A DNA stretch of 59,658 nucleotides from a virus (Duplodnaviria; Caudoviricetes): IMG/VR virus record IMGVR_UViG_3300027851_000001, positions 1 through 59,658 of that record; one strand, 5' to 3'. The notes under the pieces are model-generated. The model saw only the letters and a program-made list of their open reading frames with translations. It was not told the origin of the DNA and did not search any database. The translations under genes and the position numbers were made by a program. Below are positions 53,742 to 59,658 of this stretch, piece after piece; the first letter of the stretch is position 1; each line of letters begins with the position of its first letter.

Positions 53742-54482
53742 ATGACCGCCAACCCACAACGGGTTATTCCCATCATGCCGCTGTCGTACAGCCGGCTGTC
53801 CGTGTTTGAGCAGTGCGAGGCGCGCTTCGACTACCAGTACGTGTCCAAGCGGGTGCAGGACTCCATGAACGAGGCGTCGGCCTACGGGGACCGGGTGCAT
53901 AAAACGTTGGAAGCGTTGGGCAACGCCGGAAAGCAGGGGCCAGAGGCAGTCGAACGCCTGAAGTCCGAGCGGACATCGGCTGAGGAACTGCAGACCATCA
54001 CCCGCTGGGGCCCACTCGTGGAGCGCATCCTGGCGCAGCCCGGGGAGAAACTGTTTGAGTTTCAGATGGCAGTCAACAAGGCCCTGCAGCCCGTGGGTTG
54101 GTTCGCCAAAGATGTGTGGGTGCGGTCGATCGCCGACGTGTTAGTACGTGATGGGGATACTGCCTACGTCCTAGATTTCAAAAGCGGCAAGGTCAAGGAC
54201 AATCCGACGCAGCTTCAGCTTTTCGCCGCCATGGTTCTGTGGCATTATCCAGAGGTGCAGAAGGTCAAGACGTCGTTCGTCTGGCTGGCGCACAACGAAG
54301 TTACGAATTCACATTACGAGCGCCGGTTTCTGGGCGCGCTCTGGCGCGCGCTGGAGCCCCGGTTTTTGCGCGTGCAGGAGACGATCGAGCTGGGCGTGTT
54401 CAAGACGAAGCCGTCAGGCCTCTGTGGTTGGTGCCCAGCCAGTCAGATCTGCCCGGACGCTCGTCCACCGAGAAGGAAATGA
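53742..54482 (+). CDS. PD-(D/E)XK Cas4/RecB-like exonuclease
   Basis: LSYSRL..FEQC, GDRVH, IADVL, LDFKSGK, QLQLF, CGWCPASQIC. Confidence 0.85.
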   Translation: MTANPQRVIPIMPLSYSRLSVFEQCEARFDYQYVSKRVQDSMNEASAYGDRVHKTLEALGNAGKQGPEAVERLKSERTSAEELQTITRWGPLVERILAQPGEKLFEFQMAVNKALQPVGWFAKDVWVRSIADVLVRDGDTAYVLDFKSGKVKDNPTQLQLFAAMVLWHYPEVQKVKTSFVWLAHNEVTNSHYERRFLGALWRALEPRFLRVQETIELGVFKTKPSGLCGWCPASQICPDARPPRRK

Positions 54483-54483
54483 G

Positions 54484-54807
54484 ATGGAAATGCACTCCGA
54501 AGCGGATGTGAAGAAAGCGGTCAAGTCCGTGTTCTCCAAGGTGTCGGTGCAGTACCCCAACAAGCTGTGGTTCTTCATGCCGCCCGCCAACGGCTACGGC
54601 CGCAGTGGTATCCCCGACTTCCTCGGGGTGTTCAACGGGAGGGCGTTCGCCGTGGAGACCAAGTTCGGCGCCGGCAAGGTGACGGCGCACCAGATGCGCG
54701 AAATCGAGGGGCTGACGCAGGCGGGCACACAGTGCTGGGTTGTGCGTGAGGCGTCGTTCGACGGCTTCGAGCTGGAGTTCCAAGGATGGGCGGCCCTATG
54801 CTCGTGA
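54484..54807 (+). CDS. VRR-NUC nuclease (resolvase-like)
   Basis: SEADV...GRSGIPDFL...AVETK...TAHQ. Confidence 0.85.
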   Translation: MEMHSEADVKKAVKSVFSKVSVQYPNKLWFFMPPANGYGRSGIPDFLGVFNGRAFAVETKFGAGKVTAHQMREIEGLTQAGTQCWVVREASFDGFELEFQGWAALCS

Positions 54808-56345
54808 TCCCTGAGAAGCGCCGCCTGATCATCGACACGACCGAACCCAAGACCATCACCACGGTGATTCCCCATGCCCGCACGATGGAGCACGAAGGCC
54901 GCACACTGGTGGCCGTGCCCTACGGGGTTGACGAGTCACTGGTGCTGCACAACCTCGGCTACAGCGTGCCGGCACCCATCCTGCACTACTACAGCTGGCC
55001 CGGGCGGTTCGCGCCCATGGACCATCAGAGGGATACGGCAGCGTTTTGTACGACGCATAAGCGGGCGCTGGTGCTCAACGCGCCAGGGAGTGGCAAGTCG
55101 ATCAGCGTGCTCTGGGCTGCCGACCACCTGCTGGAGGAGGGCATCGCCAAGCGCGTGCTGATCGTTGCGCCGCTGTCCACCGTGAAGGTTGTGTGGGGGC
55201 GGGAGATCAAGCACCACTTCTCGCACCGCTCGTTCGTGCTGTGCACGGGCTCCCGGGCCCGGCGCATGGAGTTGCTGAAACGCCCCGGCGTGCAGTACGT
55301 GGTGATCAACCACGACGGCTTCAGCACCATGGCGTCCGAACTGAACGACTTCGACGTGGTGATCTACGACGAGGCCACAGCCCTGAAAACGCCCGGCTCG
55401 CGCAGGTACAAGATCTTCGCCAAGTGGATGGACAAGTACCAGCCGTGGCTGTGGATGCTGACCGGCACGCCGATCTCGCAGACCCCCGCTGACGCGTGGA
55501 CGCTGGCCCGGCTGGCGAACTCGCCGATCGTGCCCAAGAGCTACACCACATTCAAGGACATGGTGATGCAGAAGGTGAGCCAGTTCCGGTGGATACCACG
55601 GCCAGACGCGCTAGTGACATGCCAGAAGGTGCTGCAGCCCTCCATCCGGTTCTCCCTGGACGAGTGCAAGGACCTGCCACAGACCAACTTCGTCGGCCGC
55701 AAGGCGGAGATGACACCGCAGCAGACCAAGGCGTTCAAGGAGATGCAGGACAAGGCAGTGACGGTGTTTTCGCACGGGCAGGTGACGGCGGCCAACGCGG
55801 CGGTGGCGCTCAGCAAGCTGCTGCAGATCATCTGCGGCGTGGTGTACGGCGACAACGGCACGTTTGCCATCGACGCCTCGGAGCGGTACAATGTACTCAC
55901 TGAACTGATTGACGAGATAGGCGACAAGGTGATCATCTTCGTGCCGTTGCGCGGGGTGCAGGATTGGCTGGAGCAGGCGCTCAATGCGTCCGGCTACACG
56001 GTAGGCAGCGTGCACGGCGATGTGGGCACCACGGCGCGGAACAAGATCTTCGAGGATTTCCAGCACACGGACCAGCCGCGCATTCTGCTGGCCCACCCGA
56101 AGGTGGCGGCACACGGGCTGACGCTGACGAGAGCCAAGGACATCATCTGGTACGCACCGATTTTCTCCCTCGAAATGTATGAACAAGCCTGCGCTCGCGT
56201 TCGTCGGTTGTCCACGGTGGGACGTACAACCGTGTGGCACATCTGGTCGACACCGTTCGAGGCTGAGCTGTACCGCAGGCTCCGCACGAAGCAAGCAACT
56301 CTCGCGGCCTTTCTTGAACTTGTTAACGGAATCAACGAGGACTGA
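54798..56345 (+). CDS. SNF2-family helicase
   Basis: APGSGKS, IYDEAT, LTGTP, AHGLTL, QACARVRR. Confidence 0.9.
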   Translation: MLVIPEKRRLIIDTTEPKTITTVIPHARTMEHEGRTLVAVPYGVDESLVLHNLGYSVPAPILHYYSWPGRFAPMDHQRDTAAFCTTHKRALVLNAPGSGKSISVLWAADHLLEEGIAKRVLIVAPLSTVKVVWGREIKHHFSHRSFVLCTGSRARRMELLKRPGVQYVVINHDGFSTMASELNDFDVVIYDEATALKTPGSRRYKIFAKWMDKYQPWLWMLTGTPISQTPADAWTLARLANSPIVPKSYTTFKDMVMQKVSQFRWIPRPDALVTCQKVLQPSIRFSLDECKDLPQTNFVGRKAEMTPQQTKAFKEMQDKAVTVFSHGQVTAANAAVALSKLLQIICGVVYGDNGTFAIDASERYNVLTELIDEIGDKVIIFVPLRGVQDWLEQALNASGYTVGSVHGDVGTTARNKIFEDFQHTDQPRILLAHPKVAAHGLTLTRAKDIIWYAPIFSLEMYEQACARVRRLSTVGRTTVWHIWSTPFEAELYRRLRTKQATLAAFLELVNGINED

Positions 56346-56369
56346 CATGAATTACGAACGGAGAAAGAC

Positions 56370-56555
56370 ATGAAAGAGTGGAACGTACACGTTGAAAGAG
56401 TTGGCTACATCGGCACCGTGCAGGAAGACAACGAAGAGCTTGCGCGCTGTGCGGCGCTCTACAAGTTCAGTGAAGAGGGTGACCGTCCACTGACCGGCGC
56501 ACTGCCGATTCCTCGGATTTTTGAGAACGACGAGTTCGGGGTTCGTGAGCGATGA
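56370..56555 (+). CDS. Hypothetical protein
   Basis: GGAG RBS; lower-GC block. Confidence 0.55.
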   Translation: MKEWNVHVERVGYIGTVQEDNEELARCAALYKFSEEGDRPLTGALPIPRIFENDEFGVRER

Positions 56556-56842
56556 GCCTAGACCACTGGCTGTTCAGGTGCATCCAGACGATGGATGACC
56601 CGCGAATGAATCTTGTCCCGAAGACGGACAAGGAAAAACTGCAGCTGATTCGATCCGCCCTTGCAAGCTACATCGCGGGCGTTAAGCAGGCCCCAATTTT
56701 CGGGTGGTACTGCGAACTTGTCCACGATGCGTCAGGAGAAGTAATTCGGGATGAGTTCACGAGGTCGTCGCCTCTCAATGGGCCTGACAGAGTGCGTGGC
56801 TTCACTTGGCGCGCGACACCACTTTACGAAAGCAAGCAATGA
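56552..56842 (+). CDS. Hypothetical protein
   Basis: ATGA overlap. Confidence 0.55.
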   Translation: MSLDHWLFRCIQTMDDPRMNLVPKTDKEKLQLIRSALASYIAGVKQAPIFGWYCELVHDASGEVIRDEFTRSSPLNGPDRVRGFTWRATPLYESKQ

Positions 56843-57165
56843 ACCACACCGACCAAACTGAATACGAAGTTAACCAACGTGACGACGGCACCTTTCATGT
56901 CACCGGGCCGAACGACATGGAACTGCTGATTGTTCCAGCCAAGACCGACGCGCAGAGAAAAGAGTCGGAGCGACTCGATTGGCTGTTGCTGCACAACTCA
57001 GCAGAAGCGGACAAGGATTCGCGAGGCTGCTACATCGTGGCATGGGTGAGCGACGGAGCGCCCGGGAACGAGCGCGGTCCGTCAGGCCGGTTCGTTGCTT
57101 CAGGAGCAACACACCGCGAATGCGTCGACCGCTTCCTATCCGGCGACATCAATCGCGTCGACTAA
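56839..57165 (+). CDS. Hypothetical protein
   Basis: ATGA overlap; ERLDWL motif. Confidence 0.55.
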   Translation: MNHTDQTEYEVNQRDDGTFHVTGPNDMELLIVPAKTDAQRKESERLDWLLLHNSAEADKDSRGCYIVAWVSDGAPGNERGPSGRFVASGATHRECVDRFLSGDINRVD

Positions 57166-57175
57166 CGGAGCACAG

Positions 57176-57574
57176 ATGAACTACGAGCACGCTGGGCAGG
57201 TGTATCTGGACACCGAGCGCGAACTCGCGCTGATGGATGCTGACCACAAGGCGCGCATCGCGCCGCTGAAAGAGAAGCTGGTCCTGCTGGAACAGTGGAT
57301 CACCGCCCGGGCCCAGGAGGACGGGCTGGAGAACGTCAAGACTGCTGCCGGCACGGTCTACTGGTCCAACCACCAGAAGGCCACCGTCGCAAACCGTGAC
57401 GCGTTTTTCTCGCACTGCCAAGCCACTGGGGCATGGGATCTGCTGGAAGCGCGCGCCGCGAAAACCGCCGTCAAGAGTTTCGTCGAAGCTCACGGCACCC
57501 CACCCCCGGGCGTGGACTACGCAACCGTCCGGGTTTTCAACTTCAGAAAAGCGGCAACGAAGGAATCAACATGA
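57176..57574 (+). CDS. Replication-module coiled-coil protein
   Basis: GGAG RBS; VKTAAGTVY...PPPGV pattern. Confidence 0.65.
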   Translation: MNYEHAGQVYLDTERELALMDADHKARIAPLKEKLVLLEQWITARAQEDGLENVKTAAGTVYWSNHQKATVANRDAFFSHCQATGAWDLLEARAAKTAVKSFVEAHGTPPPGVDYATVRVFNFRKAATKEST

Positions 57575-58008
57575 ACAACATGGAACAGGCAATCGCGCGC
57601 GTGTGTCACGAGGTGAATCGCGCTTACTGCCACGCACTGGGCGACAACAGCCAGCCCGCGTGGGAGGATGCGCCACAGTGGCAGCGCGACAGCGCGATGC
57701 TCGGTGTGAAGCTGCACGTCGGCAACCCGGACGCTGGCCCACAGGCGAGCCACGAGAGCTGGATGGCGCAGAAGCTGGCCGAAGGCTGGGTGTACGGCCC
57801 TGTGAAAGACCCCGAGAACAAGCAGCACCCCTGCATGGTGCCATTCGATCAACTGCCGCGCGAGCAGCAGGCCAAAGACTTCATCTTCCGTGGGGTCGTT
57901 CACGCCCTCACTGGGGCAACCGACGCTGGTCCCGTCGTGTTGACCGACGCAGACGCCCTTGCCGACCTCGGCGGGTATCCGCGCCCTGACCACCCCACCA
58001 CCCCGTAA
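57571..58008 (+). CDS. RyR-domain-like protein
   Basis: HESWMAQKLAEGWVYGPVKDPENKQHPCMVPFDQLPREQQAKD. Confidence 0.75.
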   Translation: MNNMEQAIARVCHEVNRAYCHALGDNSQPAWEDAPQWQRDSAMLGVKLHVGNPDAGPQASHESWMAQKLAEGWVYGPVKDPENKQHPCMVPFDQLPREQQAKDFIFRGVVHALTGATDAGPVVLTDADALADLGGYPRPDHPTTP

Positions 58009-58040
58009 CCACAACTTCACCTGAACCACGAGTCCATACC

Positions 58041-58997
58041 ATGAGCAACAACACCCCTTCCCTCAACGTGATGACCAACGTCCCCGCCCACATCGCCGCG
58101 CGCATCGCCGCCCGGCAGAACTCGGGCGTCAAGTCCGCAGTGACCGCAGCCGTGGGCCTCGACGGCCCGCAGATCCCCCGCATCAGCATCAAGGCCGGGC
58201 GCTATCGCCTGATCGAGAGCGGCGTGGAGACCGTCGTCGGCATCACCCTGGACACCATCGTCATCGGCGCCAACCCGCGCGTGTCCAAGGTGTTCTACGC
58301 CAAGGCGTACGACTCGGCCGCCGACAACGTGCGCCCGGACTGCTTCTCCAACGATGGCCTGCACCCCGACGCCTCGGTGACGAGCCCCGTGGCCAACGGC
58401 TGCGCCAACTGCCCCAACAACGTGCTGGGTTCCAAGGTGCTGCCTTCCGGTGCCAAGTCCAAGCTGTGTGCTGACCAGCGCCATCTGGCCGTGGTCCCTG
58501 CCGCCGACGCCACCAAGGTGTACAGCCTCACGGTGCCCGTGTCCGGCATGAAGGCCATGCGCGAGTACTTCAAGGAGCTGGACAACTACGGCATCACCCC
58601 CGAGGAAGTCGTGACCCAGCTGGGCTTCGATGACAGCGCGAGCTACCCGAAGATCACCTTCAAGCAGGTCGGGTACGTGCCGGAGAAGATGGTTGGCAAA
58701 ATCGAGGCACTGTCGCTCAGCGACGACACCAAGGTCGCCACCCGCCAGCTGGCACCGAAGGACACCCATGTCGCGCTGCCCGGCGTCGCAAGTCAGCCAG
58801 CGCTCACTTCTGCTCCGGCCCCGGCACCTGCTCCAGCGGCGCCTCCGGCTCCGACGTTTGATGACGCCTACGAGGATGAGGCCGCTGCCGTGACGCCTGT
58901 GATCGCTGCACCGACCGTGGTGGCCAAGCCGACGGTGGCACCGGTGCGCAGTTCGGATGAGCTGTCCAAGAAGCTCGACGACCTGTTCGGGGCGTAA
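58041..58997 (+). CDS. Putative ssDNA-binding/annealing protein
   Basis: RISIKAGRY, PDCFSNDG, CANCPNN and an acidic C-terminal LDDLFGA; located in the replication module. Confidence 0.6.
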   Translation: MSNNTPSLNVMTNVPAHIAARIAARQNSGVKSAVTAAVGLDGPQIPRISIKAGRYRLIESGVETVVGITLDTIVIGANPRVSKVFYAKAYDSAADNVRPDCFSNDGLHPDASVTSPVANGCANCPNNVLGSKVLPSGAKSKLCADQRHLAVVPAADATKVYSLTVPVSGMKAMREYFKELDNYGITPEEVVTQLGFDDSASYPKITFKQVGYVPEKMVGKIEALSLSDDTKVATRQLAPKDTHVALPGVASQPALTSAPAPAPAPAAPPAPTFDDAYEDEAAAVTPVIAAPTVVAKPTVAPVRSSDELSKKLDDLFGA

Positions 58998-59020
58998 TAC
59001 ACTCCCCTCTCGGACCACCG

Positions 59021-59046
59021 AACCCCGGCACCGGCCGGGGTTTTTT
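59021..59046 (+). terminator. Rho-independent terminator
   Basis: AACCCCGGC-ACCG-GCCGGGG-TTTTTT. Confidence 0.8.
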
Positions 59047-59062
59047 CATCTAGGGGCATGTG

Positions 59063-59658
59063 TTGGATACCAAGAACTTTCTTACTCGTGTGCTTGCCCA
59101 ATCCAATGAAGTTGTCATCAGCCTGCACAGGTCAGATCCGCACGACCCGACCGCTCGGGGTATGTTCTGGAACGAGACCTTTGCCGATATAGACGATGCT
59201 GTCGCCGCCATCCAGAGGCAGGATGCGCAGCAGTACGTCACGGTGTACTTCAGCGTTGGGCGGCACAGCAATAACAAAACAACTGACGCACAAACCAACA
59301 AGACAAAGATTCTCAGAACCCAGGCAACCGCAACCAGTTTCCGCTCTCTCGCCATCGACATCGACGTTGGCCCCACCAAGCCGTACAAGACCCAGGGGGA
59401 GGGGTCCCGCGCTTTGCAGGCTGCGGTAAACGCCATCGACATACCCTTCCCGCTGCTGGTTTCGTCCGGCAACGGGCTCCACGCTTACTGGCCGCTGACG
59501 AAGGACCTCGACACCGCGACGTGGGTGCTGCTCTCCACCATGCTGAAGTTGGCGCTCGGCGAGCACGGGCTGGACATCGACCCCTCCAAGGTCAACGACC
59601 CCAGCATGGTGCTGCGGCCGGTGGGTACGCACCACAAAAAGCAGACCCCGTGGAAAGA
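59063..59658 (+). CDS. N-terminal AEP/RepB-type primase domain; continues into 9..2540 (about 1002 aa in total)
   Basis: TTG start after TAGGGG gives MDTKNFLTRVL...AIDIDVG...VSSGNGLHAYWPL (DxD and SGxGxH motifs), in frame with the ATG at 59540, which equals position 9. Confidence 0.85.
   Translation, partial: MDTKNFLTRVLAQSNEVVISLHRSDPHDPTARGMFWNETFADIDDAVAAIQRQDAQQYVTVYFSVGRHSNNKTTDAQTNKTKILRTQATATSFRSLAIDIDVGPTKPYKTQGEGSRALQAAVNAIDIPFPLLVSSGNGLHAYWPLTKDLDTATWVLLSTMLKLALGEHGLDIDPSKVNDPSMVLRPVGTHHKKQTPWK

Noticed and set aside
59532-59658. 127-bp terminal direct repeat as a biological DTR
   Set aside because: It falls in the middle of the primase gene, and 127 is a common assembler k-mer size, so it is best read as a circularisation overlap.
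1-59658. Integrase/IntI, reverse transcriptase (DGR or retron), RNA polymerase, tRNAs
   Set aside because: No ORF shows tyrosine or serine recombinase, YxDD RT or RNAP motifs, and no tRNA was evident by eye. A very divergent gene could have been missed.

Overview
The window looks like a complete, circularly permuted dsDNA tailed-phage genome of about 59,531 bp. Positions 59532-59658 repeat positions 1-127 exactly, most likely an assembler k-mer overlap. It is high-GC and podovirus-like; a proteobacterial host is my inference only. The minus-strand arm (about 33289 to 3587) carries terminase, portal, scaffold, capsid, adaptor/tail, lysis and large ejection genes. The plus-strand arm (about 33599 to 59658, wrapping to 3536) carries many small early genes, an AAA+/VWA module, family A DNA polymerase, exonuclease, VRR-NUC, SNF2 helicase, an SSB-like protein and an AEP primase/DUF927-type fusion. 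I found no integrase, RNA polymerase, tRNA or CRISPR array. Three things stand out. (1) Two integrase-less, integron-like cassette arrays (2901-3560 and 46654-47844) have five attC-shaped sites, a shared attI1-like 36-bp site, and genes oriented opposite to attC polarity. (2) The DNA polymerase intein carries its HNH homing endonuclease in the +1 reading frame. (3) The early region has 11 copies of a 16-bp palindrome, a 12-bp direct repeat, duplicated sigma70 promoters and a conserved translation leader. All family assignments come from motif recognition by eye, not database searches.
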